DNA from: Candidatus Pacearchaeota archaeon
GTDB taxonomy: Archaea > Nanobdellota > Nanobdellia > Pacearchaeales > GW2011-AR1
Direction: 5' to 3'
Assembly (NCBI GenBank): GCA_041660485.1
Contig: JBAZWF010000001.1
Location: 700,935 to 724,934, forward strand
DNA: 24,000 bases
The notes beneath the pieces were generated by a model. It was not told where the DNA came from. It saw only the letters and a list, made by a program, of their open reading frames with translations, and made no database searches. Made by a program: the position numbers and the translations under genes. Within the stretch, counting starts at the first letter, position 1. Every line of letters starts with the position of its first letter. Below are positions 8,136 through 16,016 of the stretch, piece by piece.

Positions 8136-10430
8136 TTATCCTAAATACGCAGTTCTGTTAGCTATTGCAGACTTAGCAGACTTAAGATAATTCTCTTCAA
8201 TTTTATTATAAAGTTCCATATCTCCTTTAGTTACAGAAGGCTTTACTTTTGCCAATGCTAAATCAAAATATTTTTTTGAAACCTGTTTAACTTCAATATC
8301 ATCTCTAAGTGCAAGCATTGCTGCTTCACGAACAAAATTTTCAATATCTGCACCAACAAATCCTTCTATTTTATCTGCTAAATCCTCAATTGAAACATCT
8401 TTTGCAAGAGGCATTTTTTTTGTATGAATTTTTAATATTTGCAATCTTCCTTCTCTATTCGGTGCTTGAACTAATAATATTCTGTCAAATCTTCCCGGCC
8501 TCAATAAAGCAGTATCTAACATATCCGGACGATTTGTTGCTCCAATAACTGTAACATTATTTAATTCTTCAAGTCCATCCATTTCTGCAAGTATTTGATT
8601 TAAAACACGTTCAGTAACTTTTGTTCCACTATCTGTTCCTCTTCTTGGTGCAAGAGAATCAATTTCATCAAAAAATATTATACAAGGAGCTACTTGTCTT
8701 GCTCTTTCAAATATTTTTCTTACTCCTTCTTCTGATTTTCCAACCCACATTGATAATAATGAAGGCCCTTTAACCTGAATAAAATTTGCTTCTGATTCTT
8801 TTGCAACAGCTTTTGCTAATAATGTTTTTCCAGTTCCAGGTGGACCATAAAGTAAAATTCCACGAGGAGCACGAATACCGATTCTTTTAAATGATTCTGG
8901 ATATTGCAAGGGCCATTCAACTGCTTCTTTTAATTCTTGTTTAATATTATCTAAACCCCCAACATCTTCCCAGTTAATATTTGGAGTTTCAATTAAAACT
9001 TCTCTCATTGCAGAAGGGCGGACAATTTTTAATGCTTCTTGAAAATCTTTTGCAGTAACTTTTAATTGTTCTAAAGTTTCCTGAGGTATTTCTTCATCTT
9101 CTTTTAATTCTAATTTTGGAAGAACTCTTCTTAAAACTGACATTGCAGCTTCTTTTGCAAGAGCAGATAAATCTGCACCAACAAATCCATGAGTAATTGC
9201 CGCAAGTTCATCTAATTTAACATCTTTTGTTATCGGCATATTTCTTGTGTGAATTTTAAGAACTTGTAATCTGCCTTGTTTATCAGGAGCATTAATTTCA
9301 ACTTCTCTGTCAAATCTTCCGGGGCGTCTTAGTGCAGGGTCGATTGAATTAGGGCGATTAGTTGCACCAATAACAACAACTTTTCCTCGTGTTTTTAATC
9401 CGTCCATCATTGTTAATAATTGTGAAACAACACGTCGTTCAACTTCTCCTTGAACATCTTCTCTTTTAGGTGCAATTGCATCAATTTCATCAATAAAAAT
9501 AATTGCAGGTGCAGTTTTTTCAGCTTCATTAAATATATCTCTAATTTTCTTTTCAGATTCTCCATAAAATTTACTCATAATTTCCGGACCATTTAATAAA
9601 ATAAAATTTGCTTCTGATTCATTTGCAACAGCTTTTGCTAATAATGTTTTTCCAGTTCCAGGTGGGCCATGAAGTAAAACTCCTTTAGGAGGCTCAATTC
9701 CTAATCTTTCAAATATTTCAGGATGTTTTAATGGAAGTTCAACCATTTCTCTAACTTTTTTTACTTCATCTGTTAATCCTCCAATATCTTCATAAGTAAC
9801 ATCAATAAATTTTTCTTCTGCAATTTCAACTGCTTTTGGGTTTACAGTAACTTCTGTATTTTCAGTTATTACAACTGGTTTTGTAGGATTTGTATTTACA
9901 ATTAAAAATTTAAGTTGTTGAAGTCCGCCAAATCCAACTCCGTTTCCCATTGGCATTCCTCCTAAAATATCTCCAAAAATATCTCCAAACTCTCCAAACT
10001 CTTCTGACATTAAATCTTTTCTTCTTTGAACTCCACCAAGAACAACAATATCTCCTTTAGTTACTGCTCTCCCTAATAATCCTCTTCTAAAAATTTCTGG
10101 ATCTCCTTGAACAATAATATTTTCTTGAACAGGTGCAATTGAAATTTTTTTTGCTTCTTTAACTTCAACTTTTTCAAGAGAAACCATTTCACCAACACCG
10201 GTTTTAGCATTTTTTCTAATTATTCCATCAATTCTAATTATTCCCTCACCAATATCTGCGGGATATGCCCTATCAACAATAGCTACACTTTCTTTTCCAC
10301 CTTTTATTAAAACAACATCTCCTCTTTTCAAACCTAAAGATTTCATTGTATCATTATCTATTCTAGCTATTCCTTTATATGCATCATCTTGCGATGCTTC
10401 TGCAACTCTTAGTTTTATATTTTCAACCAT
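8136..10430 (-). CDS. cdc48: CDC48/VCP-like AAA+ ATPase (two AAA domains)
   Basis: N-domain VAEA...[12 protein letters not shown]. Two Walker A motifs [15 protein letters not shown], two Walker B motifs IIFIDEIDA and IIFFDEIDS, and SRH segments ATNRP..[12 protein letters not shown]. I prefer the start at MVENIKLRV (ATG 10428-10430), which overlaps the upstream gene stop by 8 nt. Confidence 0.92.
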   Translation of the reverse strand: MVENIKLRVAEASQDDAYKGIARIDNDTMKSLGLKRGDVVLIKGGKESVAIVDRAYPADIGEGIIRIDGIIRKNAKTGVGEMVSLEKVEVKEAKKISIAPVQENIIVQGDPEIFRRGLLGRAVTKGDIVVLGGVQRRKDLMSEEFGEFGDIFGDILGGMPMGNGVGFGGLQQLKFLIVNTNPTKPVVITENTEVTVNPKAVEIAEEKFIDVTYEDIGGLTDEVKKVREMVELPLKHPEIFERLGIEPPKGVLLHGPPGTGKTLLAKAVANESEANFILLNGPEIMSKFYGESEKKIRDIFNEAEKTAPAIIFIDEIDAIAPKREDVQGEVERRVVSQLLTMMDGLKTRGKVVVIGATNRPNSIDPALRRPGRFDREVEINAPDKQGRLQVLKIHTRNMPITKDVKLDELAAITHGFVGADLSALAKEAAMSVLRRVLPKLELKEDEEIPQETLEQLKVTAKDFQEALKIVRPSAMREVLIETPNINWEDVGGLDNIKQELKEAVEWPLQYPESFKRIGIRAPRGILLYGPPGTGKTLLAKAVAKESEANFIQVKGPSLLSMWVGKSEEGVRKIFERARQVAPCIIFFDEIDSLAPRRGTDSGTKVTERVLNQILAEMDGLEELNNVTVIGATNRPDMLDTALLRPGRFDRILLVQAPNREGRLQILKIHTKKMPLAKDVSIEDLADKIEGFVGADIENFVREAAMLALRDDIEVKQVSKKYFDLALAKVKPSVTKGDMELYNKIEENYLKSAKSAIANRTAYLG

Positions 10431-10800
10431 TTTTATGTTCCTTTTCTTTTTCATTTTCATATATGCTATCAAATATTAATGATAATTTTCCCATTCTTTC
10501 AAAACTTAAACTAACAAGTTCATCCATCATCTTGTTTTGTTCATTTATAAAATTGACTATTTCTCTTGGAATTGAAACCGTATAGCTATTTCCAACCATT
10601 CTAAGCTTTACATTAAACCTCTTATTATGCAAACACATATAATGCTGATATTCAATTTCGTCTTGGGGATGAACTATTTTAGTTGAACATTTTGGACATT
10701 CTAGTGCTCTGAATGTAAATCCATTTCTCATAAACTGGATTTTTTCCATTTTTACATTGCAGTCTTTGCAAAAAATCGTGTTGTCGAATATGTCTGCCAT
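10423..10800 (-). CDS. Zn-ribbon plus AbrB/SpoVT-like (swapped-hairpin) domain protein
   Basis: From MADIFDN (ATG 10798-10800): CKDC...CPKC four-Cys ribbon, then [21 protein letters not shown], which matches the AbrB/MazE-type GNS.xVxIPkei signature. The stop overlaps the cdc48 start (ATGGTTGA). Confidence 0.65.
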   Translation of the reverse strand: MADIFDNTIFCKDCNVKMEKIQFMRNGFTFRALECPKCSTKIVHPQDEIEYQHYMCLHNKRFNVKLRMVGNSYTVSIPREIVNFINEQNKMMDELVSLSFERMGKLSLIFDSIYENEKEKEHKNG

Positions 10801-11075
10801 CTTAAATATAAAAGCTGTGTCGAGGTGGCACAGCCGTGAAAGGGGTTGTATATAGAATATAATTCGTATATCCAACTCGTATACACAGAAGATATACACT
10901 ACATTTATAAATATTTCGGTGATGGAGAATATAAATCAATAATTCTAGTAAAGTAATAACTTTATATATAATATTTCTAAAAATATAATATTTCATAGAG
11001 TGAACAATCTAATAATTGCCGAGTGTAGCGAGTCATATAAACAAGATTTAAATAGCATTTTTGTCAATATAATAC

Positions 11076-11705
11076 ATGTCTACTATTAAGAAAATTCGAG
11101 ATTTATTAAAAAAAACCTGGAATTATTTATGGAATGATGATAGTATTATGAGTTATATTTTGTTTTTGTTCTTTGTTTTTGTTATAATAAAATTTGTATT
11201 TTTCCCATCAGTGTCTTTTATAATGGGAACTTCTCTGCCAATAGTTATTGTTGAATCATGTAGTATGTATCACGGAGCTTCTTTTGATACTTGGTGGGAA
11301 ACAAATCAAAATCTTTATGAATCAAGAGACATAGATAAAGAGCAATTTTTAAGTTTCCCCATTAAAAATGGATTTTCCAAAGGAGATATTTTCATTGTTA
11401 AAGGTGTTAAATCTAAAGATATAAAAATTGGAGATATAATAATTTTTGTAAGTGGAAATTCTAATCGTCCAATAATCCATAGAGTTGTTTCACTTGATTC
11501 AATACAAACAAAAGGAGATAATAATATACTCCAGTTTACAGGAAATAATAATGGAGAAAAAATTGATGAAACAAATATTACAGAAAGTCAGATTATTGGT
11601 AAAGTAGTTGGATTTAAAATACCGGCATTAGGTTGGTTTAAACTTATATTTTATGAACCTTTTAGAAGTTCTTCTGAAAGAGGATTTTGTAAAGCTCATA
11701 CATAA
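11076..11705 (+). CDS. signal peptidase I, archaeal/eukaryal Sec11 type
   Basis: N-terminal TM anchor, then ordered boxes VESCSMYH (Ser), GDIIIF, IIHRVV (His) and TKGDNN. Confidence 0.75.
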   Translation: MSTIKKIRDLLKKTWNYLWNDDSIMSYILFLFFVFVIIKFVFFPSVSFIMGTSLPIVIVESCSMYHGASFDTWWETNQNLYESRDIDKEQFLSFPIKNGFSKGDIFIVKGVKSKDIKIGDIIIFVSGNSNRPIIHRVVSLDSIQTKGDNNILQFTGNNNGEKIDETNITESQIIGKVVGFKIPALGWFKLIFYEPFRSSSERGFCKAHT

Positions 11706-11747
11706 ACTTTAAAAACTAAGAGGTTTTATAGTAACGATTATTAAAAG

Positions 11748-12056
11748 ATGGAATTCTGTCCAAAATGTGGTTCGGTTCTTGAAGAAAAAAGAAAAAACTT
11801 CGGATGTGTTAGATGTGGCTATACTTCTAGAGTAAAAGTAAAAATTGAAGCAAAAGAAAAAGTTGATGAAGGGCAGGAAATCGGAGTAATTAAAGAAAAA
11901 GACACTGATGTTTTTCCAATTGTTCTTGCTAACTGCGAAAAGTGCGCTCACAAAGAAGCTTATTTCTGGACCTCGCAAACTCGTTCAGGTGATGAAGCTG
12001 AAACTCGTTTTTTCAGATGTGTTAAGTGCAAGCATACCTGGCGAGAATACAAATAA
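11748..12056 (+). CDS. tfs: transcription factor S (TFIIS/RpoM-like cleavage factor)
   Basis: N-terminal ribbon CPKCG...CVRCG. C-terminal ribbon CEKC...QTRSGDEAETRFFRCVKCKHTW with the acidic DE loop. Confidence 0.9.
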   Translation: MEFCPKCGSVLEEKRKNFGCVRCGYTSRVKVKIEAKEKVDEGQEIGVIKEKDTDVFPIVLANCEKCAHKEAYFWTSQTRSGDEAETRFFRCVKCKHTWREYK

Positions 12057-12115
12057 TACTATCTTATAGAATGATTAATTATTTGTGTTCGAGCAGAGAA
12101 TACAAGTAATACTAT
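12043..12115 (+). repeat. 20-bp direct repeat (19/20 identical) duplicating the tfs stop region
   Basis: GAGAATACAAATAATACTAT at 12043-12062 and GAGAATACAAGTAATACTAT at 12096-12115. Confidence 0.7.
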
Positions 12116-12155
12116 TATATAAAAGTTTAAAAAGATTAATTATTCTAAAGTTAAA

Positions 12156-12443
12156 ATGGCAGGAATATATACATTACAATCTATTGCAAACGATAGATCT
12201 GCTAATCCTGAGGTTAGAATTGCAGCTATTAATCAATTATCCTCACTTTCGCATTTGACTTTAGAATCTGTTGCAAGTGATAGACATGCTAATCCTAATG
12301 TTAGAATTGCAGCTATTAATAATCCGAATTTAATGTCACGTTATACTTTAGAATCAGTAGCCTCTGACTCTTATGCTGATGATAAAGTTAGAATTGCAGC
12401 GATTAATAGACTAAATATTAAAGAAAATTATCCAAATAATTAA
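12156..12443 (+). CDS. HEAT-like repeat protein (three 29-aa repeats)
   Basis: Three units of L(Q/E)S(I/V)A(N/S)D...(A)N/D P/D x VRIAAIN, resembling PBS-lyase/HEAT-like repeats. Confidence 0.6.
   Translation: MAGIYTLQSIANDRSANPEVRIAAINQLSSLSHLTLESVASDRHANPNVRIAAINNPNLMSRYTLESVASDSYADDKVRIAAINRLNIKENYPNN
12168..12428 (+). repeat. three tandem 87-bp coding repeats
   Basis: The core GTTAGAATTGCAGC(T/G)ATTAAT recurs at 12213, 12300 and 12387, giving a period of 87 nt. Confidence 0.8.
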
Positions 12444-12470
12444 TTAAATTGCATTATTATATATTTATCT

Positions 12471-12668
12471 TTACAACATATTTTCCAATTTTTCAGGCAC
12501 CCATTCTCCGTTTACATCTTCATGGCAAGGAATTATATCTATATTCTCTGGCAGATAATATGCGCGAGAAAATTCATAAGCTATTTCTTGACTTGAAACA
12601 ATTGCACTTGTTCCAAAAAGATTTGTTCTAAAATTTTCCATTTGAGGTGCGAAATCAGCATTATACAT
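12471..12668 (-). CDS. hypothetical small protein (65 aa)
   Basis: ORF with protein-like composition and a TCTATAAATATT box about 25 nt upstream of the ATG. No recognisable motif. The overlapping plus-strand ORF looks less protein-like. Confidence 0.35.
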   Translation of the reverse strand: MYNADFAPQMENFRTNLFGTSAIVSSQEIAYEFSRAYYLPENIDIIPCHEDVNGEWVPEKLENML

Positions 12669-12713
12669 ATTTCTAAAAGATTAAGAGAATATTTATAGAT
12701 TTCTATAATAGTA

Positions 12714-12811
12714 TGGGCCCGAGGGTACTCAAAATTCTAAAATAATTTTGGTAAGTTATTTTTGTTAAAAAATAACTGAGTTCGAACCCAAAGGTTCGAA
12801 TCTCATCTTAT
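12714..12811 (-). other. tRNA-derived fragments next to the tRNA-Lys 3' end
   Basis: On the minus strand, AGTACCCTCGGGCCCATACTATTAT (12714-12738) matches the tRNA-Lys 3' end plus flank, AATCCCCTCGGGTCCATAATAAGAT, at 19/25. T-arm-like GGGTTCGAAC (minus) and GGTTCGAATCTC (plus, inverted) lie between, separated by AT-rich hairpins. No intact cloverleaf can be drawn. Confidence 0.4.
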
Positions 12812-12813
12812 TA

Positions 12814-12951
12814 TGGACCCGAGGGGATTCGAACCCCCGACACCTGGATTGCTCTCGTTCCTACATTTCATAAGGGAAAGTAGTGCGGTAGAAAACCGTA
12901 GGTTTTCTTCGCTAAGAGTCCAGTGCTCTGACCAGGCTGAGCTACGAGTCC
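12814..12951 (-). tRNA. tRNA-Lys (anticodon CUU) with 63-nt intron at 37/38
   Basis: Minus strand: acceptor GGACTCG/CGGGTCC, D arm GCTC-AGCCTGGTCA-GAGC, anticodon stem CTGGA/TCCAG with loop CT-CTT-A, T arm GGGGG-TTCGAAT-CCCCT, discriminator A. CCA is not encoded. A TTTATAA box lies about 27 nt upstream. Confidence 0.9.
12850..12912 (-). other. tRNA-Lys intron (bulge-helix-bulge type)
   Basis: Central helix CTCT/AGAG is flanked by 3-nt bulges TAG and CAA. The intron starts GCGAAGAAAACCTACGGTTTTCTACCGCACTAC. Confidence 0.8.
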
Positions 12952-13059
12952 ATATAAATAATGATATTAGAACACTTATAAATTTATTTAATATAAAAAT
13001 CAAAAATAAAAAAACATAATAATAACTAAGAGAACCCTTCATATTAAAGCTATCTAGAA

Positions 13060-13326
13060 TTAACCAATTACTTGTTTGATATTGGATATATTGTCAGCAA
13101 CTTCTGTACCTTTCTTGGTTAACTTTATTAGTTTAATACGCCCCTTTTTCTCAAAAGTTACCAATCCTAATTCTTCAAGTGTCTGCAGTATTTTAACTGC
13201 ATGGCTATATGTACAGTCCACCTCTTTTGCGAGAACTGACCCATATCTTACTCTAGCTAACTTTCTTAGGGCAATCATCATTAATGCTGGTTTCCGCCTA
13301 AAAAAGATATCAAAGTTGTCTTTCAT
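13060..13326 (-). CDS. winged-helix DNA-binding protein (MarR/ArsR-like)
   Basis: 88 aa. YGSVLAKEVDCTYSHAVKILQTLEELGLVTFEKKGRIKLIKLTKKG reads as an HTH followed by a beta-wing. Confidence 0.65.
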   Translation of the reverse strand: MKDNFDIFFRRKPALMMIALRKLARVRYGSVLAKEVDCTYSHAVKILQTLEELGLVTFEKKGRIKLIKLTKKGTEVADNISNIKQVIG

Positions 13327-13498
13327 TTTATTTTTATGGTAAGATAAATCATTATATATTATCTAACCTATATATCGGAATATAGTTATAGTGCTTTTAA
13401 ACCTTTCGTGATTTAAAAAGGAAAAATTTTAAAATTTTTACTACTTGATTATAGGTAGGAAAACAAAATTTAAATAACCTCAAATTCTTGGTTAAACT

Positions 13499-14122
13499 AT
13501 GGAAAAGAAAAAATTTAAGATACTTGCTGCAGGAGATATCCATGGAGATACTGCTTTGACAAAAAGACTTGCTGCAAAAGCAAAAAAAGAAAATGTAGAC
13601 TTAGTTATACTTACAGGAGACTTAACATTTATAGAACAATCAACAGATAATTTAATTGGCCCGTTTGCAAAGGTAAACAAACAAGTATTATTAATTCCTG
13701 GAAATCATGAAACAATTGCAACTGCAAATTTTCTTTCAGAAGTTTATGATAATGCAAAAAATATTCATGGCTATGCTGCAAAGTTTGGCAACATAGGAAT
13801 ATTTGGAGCAGGAGGCGCAAATATAGGTCCTTTTTCAAGATTAAAAGAATCTGAACTATATGATTTGCTTTCTCAGGGTTTTTCAAAAGTTAAAGACAGC
13901 AAAATAAAAATATTAGTAACTCATGTTCATCCTTCAAATACTTTAATTGAGAAATTTACTCAGTTTTTCCCTGGAAGTTCAGGTGTTGAAAAAGCAATTA
14001 AAAGATTTAAACCAGATATTGCTCTTTGCTCCCATGTTCACGAAGCCTGGGGTATTGAAGAGAAAATTGGAAATACAAAACTTTTTAACGTCGGCAGAGA
14101 AGGAAAGATTATTGAAGTTTAA
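13499..14122 (+). CDS. calcineurin-like metallophosphoesterase
   Basis: Ordered motifs GDIHGD, TGDL, GNHE, VTHVHP and CSHVHE. Confidence 0.85.
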   Translation: MEKKKFKILAAGDIHGDTALTKRLAAKAKKENVDLVILTGDLTFIEQSTDNLIGPFAKVNKQVLLIPGNHETIATANFLSEVYDNAKNIHGYAAKFGNIGIFGAGGANIGPFSRLKESELYDLLSQGFSKVKDSKIKILVTHVHPSNTLIEKFTQFFPGSSGVEKAIKRFKPDIALCSHVHEAWGIEEKIGNTKLFNVGREGKIIEV

Positions 14123-14252
14123 ATATTATATTTGGAAATGTGATGTCTAAAGTTAATAGGTTAATATATCATTTTATTAATCATATTTAATAATTGTTAA
14201 AATCAGGTAAATTTTTTCTTTGAAAAAATTATATGGTGCATTTACTTATGCC

Positions 14253-14269
14253 GTTTTGCTTTGCAAAAC
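14253..14269. terminator. hairpin gttttgc-ttt-gcaaaac in a convergent intergenic region
   Basis: Perfect 7-bp stem with a 3-nt loop. It has the same GC-TTY-GC apex as the hairpins at 4089 and 7999. Confidence 0.3.
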
Positions 14270-14304
14270 TGATTATCTTGCCCAAATATTTATTTTTTTC
14301 ATTT

Positions 14305-14868
14305 TTAACACAATGCAGATCTAACAATCCCTACATTGGTAACTGTATAACTTAATCTTTGACTCCAGACTAAATCTTTTGTTGAACCTTTTCTTACTTC
14401 AATATTTAATGCTAATCTTCCATTAGGAGCATCGCTTGGAATGTTTAGTTCAATAACTTTTTTTGGGTCTTCATCTCCAGGCCCAATAACATATGTCGTT
14501 TCAACAGAAAGCCAGTCTTCAACTCTATCTATTATTTTTGGGTCAGTAAATTCTGTCGAAGGAGTAACTTTAAAATAATACGTATTTTCACTTTCAGGTC
14601 TGACAATGCAACCTATAACATTCGTCCTTCCAGGCACAAGGGCAACGGGATCTCCTTTACTTCCTAAGCATTGAACCTCTCCTCCTGTTGAACCAAATAG
14701 ATTATTAATTTCATCTTTCATTTTATCATTTATTTGTTTTGTAGAATTTATTGCTCCGCACATTACACTTCTTACAAGAACAAATCCCATAATTAAAAGA
14801 GTTAAAGATAATACCACAACAACTATTGTTGTCATACTTAATTCAATAGCTGCTTTTTTAGATTTCAT
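14305..14868 (-). CDS. secreted protein with class III (type IV pilin-like) signal peptide
   Basis: The N-terminus MKSKKAAIELSMTTIVVVVLSLTLLIMGFVLV has a basic stretch, small residue, Glu, then a long hydrophobic helix, as in archaeal prepilins. The remainder is beta-rich with 4 Cys. Confidence 0.5.
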   Translation of the reverse strand: MKSKKAAIELSMTTIVVVVLSLTLLIMGFVLVRSVMCGAINSTKQINDKMKDEINNLFGSTGGEVQCLGSKGDPVALVPGRTNVIGCIVRPESENTYYFKVTPSTEFTDPKIIDRVEDWLSVETTYVIGPGDEDPKKVIELNIPSDAPNGRLALNIEVRKGSTKDLVWSQRLSYTVTNVGIVRSALC

Positions 14869-15095
14869 TTTCTTTTTAATCTGTAATATAACTTTATTCC
14901 AAAAATTACAAGAAGATCAAAGGCAATTATAGAAAGTCCCCATGTCCAGTCTTTTTGCCATATACTATATAATCCATAGACAAAAAGTACTACAATTAAT
15001 AGTTTTACAAAAAACCACGCAGCAGTATTCATGCTTGATCTTTTAACTTCAACCTTTTTACTTCCAGCAGATTTCTTTGCTTTTCTCTTCGCCAT
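14865..15095 (-). CDS. small two-TM membrane protein
   Basis: 76 aa with a Lys-rich N-terminus and two hydrophobic helices. Its stop overlaps the downstream pilin-like gene start by 4 nt (ATGA). Confidence 0.5.
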   Translation of the reverse strand: MAKRKAKKSAGSKKVEVKRSSMNTAAWFFVKLLIVVLFVYGLYSIWQKDWTWGLSIIAFDLLVIFGIKLYYRLKRK

Positions 15096-15189
15096 CTTTT
15101 TTATACTAATAATTAGTTCTCTTAGTTTATAAAGATTTTCTTTTGTAATTCAAGGCAAATTTTATAAACTTTAAATCCTAATAATTACT

Positions 15190-15447
15190 ATGGTTTTTAA
15201 CAACTATAAAGAGGTTTTTCTTGGATATTCTGCTGAAGAAAGGATAAATAAAATTAAAAATTATGAAGGTAAAGAAGTTCTGATAAAAGATTTTTTTAAT
15301 TGGGGAGAATATTTTGGAGGCACTCTTTCAATTAGTCAGGAAAAACCCGAAGAATGTTATTTAAACAATTCTAGTCCATCAGAATCAGAACAGGAAAGGT
15401 TAACATTTAAACTTATTAATATTGAAAAATTTCTTATTAAAAGTTAA
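15190..15447 (+). CDS. hypothetical protein (85 aa)
   Basis: ORF only, with no recognisable motif. Confidence 0.4.
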   Translation: MVFNNYKEVFLGYSAEERINKIKNYEGKEVLIKDFFNWGEYFGGTLSISQEKPEECYLNNSSPSESEQERLTFKLINIEKFLIKS

Positions 15448-15473
15448 TTAATTAAAAAAACTAAAAAAGGTTT

Positions 15474-15800
15474 TTAGGATTCACAATATCCAATTACATT
15501 AACAATATTTGGTTTTTTACATGTATATCCCGAAGGGCATTGAATATTATTTTCTCCTCCACATTCACAAATTTCTTCGCATAAAGCAGGACATATTGCT
15601 TCTGGATTTTGTTGATTAATAATTAAACATTTATTTCCACAATCTTTCCAAGTTCCATTAACAGATTTACATGTATTTTCTGAAAGCGCAATTTTTTCTT
15701 TATTAATAGTTTTTATCATAAAAAATGTTCCAATAATTAGTATTATAATGATAATAAAAAGCATAATCATAACAATTAAGTTTCCTTTTTTATTATTCAT
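15474..15800 (-). CDS. small secreted/anchored Cys-rich protein
   Basis: 108 aa with an N-terminal hydrophobic anchor, then 10 Cys in about 65 aa (CKSV...CGNKC...CPALCEEICECGG...CPSGYTC...YCES). Confidence 0.6.
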   Translation of the reverse strand: MNNKKGNLIVMIMLFIIIIILIIGTFFMIKTINKEKIALSENTCKSVNGTWKDCGNKCLIINQQNPEAICPALCEEICECGGENNIQCPSGYTCKKPNIVNVIGYCES

Positions 15801-15808
15801 TTTCTAAA

Positions 15809-15945
15809 TGGGGATGGGGGGGATCGAACCCCCGACACCGTGATTGCTGAACTTTTTCTATTTTCTTTAAGGAAGGTAGTGCGGTAGGAAACCTTAGGTT
15901 TCCTGCGCTCTTCAGTCACGTGCTCTCCCACTGAGCTACATCCCC
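15809..15945 (-). tRNA. tRNA-Phe (anticodon GAA) with 65-nt intron at 37/38
   Basis: Minus strand: acceptor GGGGATG/CATCCCC, D arm GCTC-AGTGGGA-GAGC, anticodon stem CGTGA/TCACG with loop CT-GAA-G, T arm GGGGG-TTCGATC-CCCCC, discriminator A. CCA is not encoded. Confidence 0.9.
15845..15909 (-). other. tRNA-Phe intron (bulge-helix-bulge type)
   Basis: Central helix CTGA/TCAG is flanked by bulges AGA and CAA. The intron starts AGCGCAGGAAACCTAAGGTTTCCTACCGCACTAC. Confidence 0.8.
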
Positions 15946-16016
15946 GCTAAAAAATCTAAGAATAAGAGTTTTTTAAACCTTCTTAAAAATATTAAATAAT
16001 AAATTTAATAAAAAAG

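Noticed and set aside
6805-8548. Antisense ORFs 6805-7023, 7393-7647 and 7694-7927 (inside topA) and 8309-8548 (inside cdc48)
   Set aside because: They lie opposite well-supported conserved genes. Their composition is dominated by Leu, Phe and Gln, and they have no motifs.
10814-10834. Hairpin GCTGTG-tcgaggtgg-CACAGC just upstream of the Zn-ribbon/AbrB gene, with an SD/anti-SD-like loop (possible attenuator or riboswitch)
   Set aside because: It is a single 6-bp stem with no conserved riboswitch core that I recognise. It is uncertain whether it is transcribed at all, given TATA-like boxes on both sides. The evidence is insufficient.
10379-10996. ORFs 10379-10585 (+) and 10802-10996 (-), plus the long N-terminal extensions of the track ORFs at 10423-10899, 8136-10472 and 409-1239
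   Set aside because: The extensions read as non-protein-like sequence ([38 protein letters not shown]) and would overlap neighbouring genes or promoters. Internal ATGs give sensible N-termini and gene spacing.
11709-11978. 89-aa minus-strand ORF
   Set aside because: It is antisense to the clearly identified tfs gene.
12714-12811. A second intact tRNA gene, possibly with a T-loop intron, downstream of tRNA-Lys
   Set aside because: No 5' acceptor strand, D arm or anticodon arm can be found. The putative T stem would have a G53-A61 mismatch under the best alignment. It is treated as fragments.
12850-12912. C/D box sRNA embedded in the tRNA introns, as known for some archaeal tRNA-Trp introns
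   Set aside because: Neither intron contains RUGAUGA or a suitably placed CUGA, so the shared module is not a C/D guide.
12803-13042. 79-aa (minus) and 68-aa (plus, 12813-13019) ORFs
   Set aside because: Both overlap the intron-containing tRNA-Lys gene, and their peptide sequences are not protein-like.
13076-14150. ORFs 13076-13342 (+), 13492-13680 (-), 13629-13886 (-) and 13947-14150 (+)
   Set aside because: They are antisense to or out of frame with the winged-helix and metallophosphoesterase genes, which carry real motifs.
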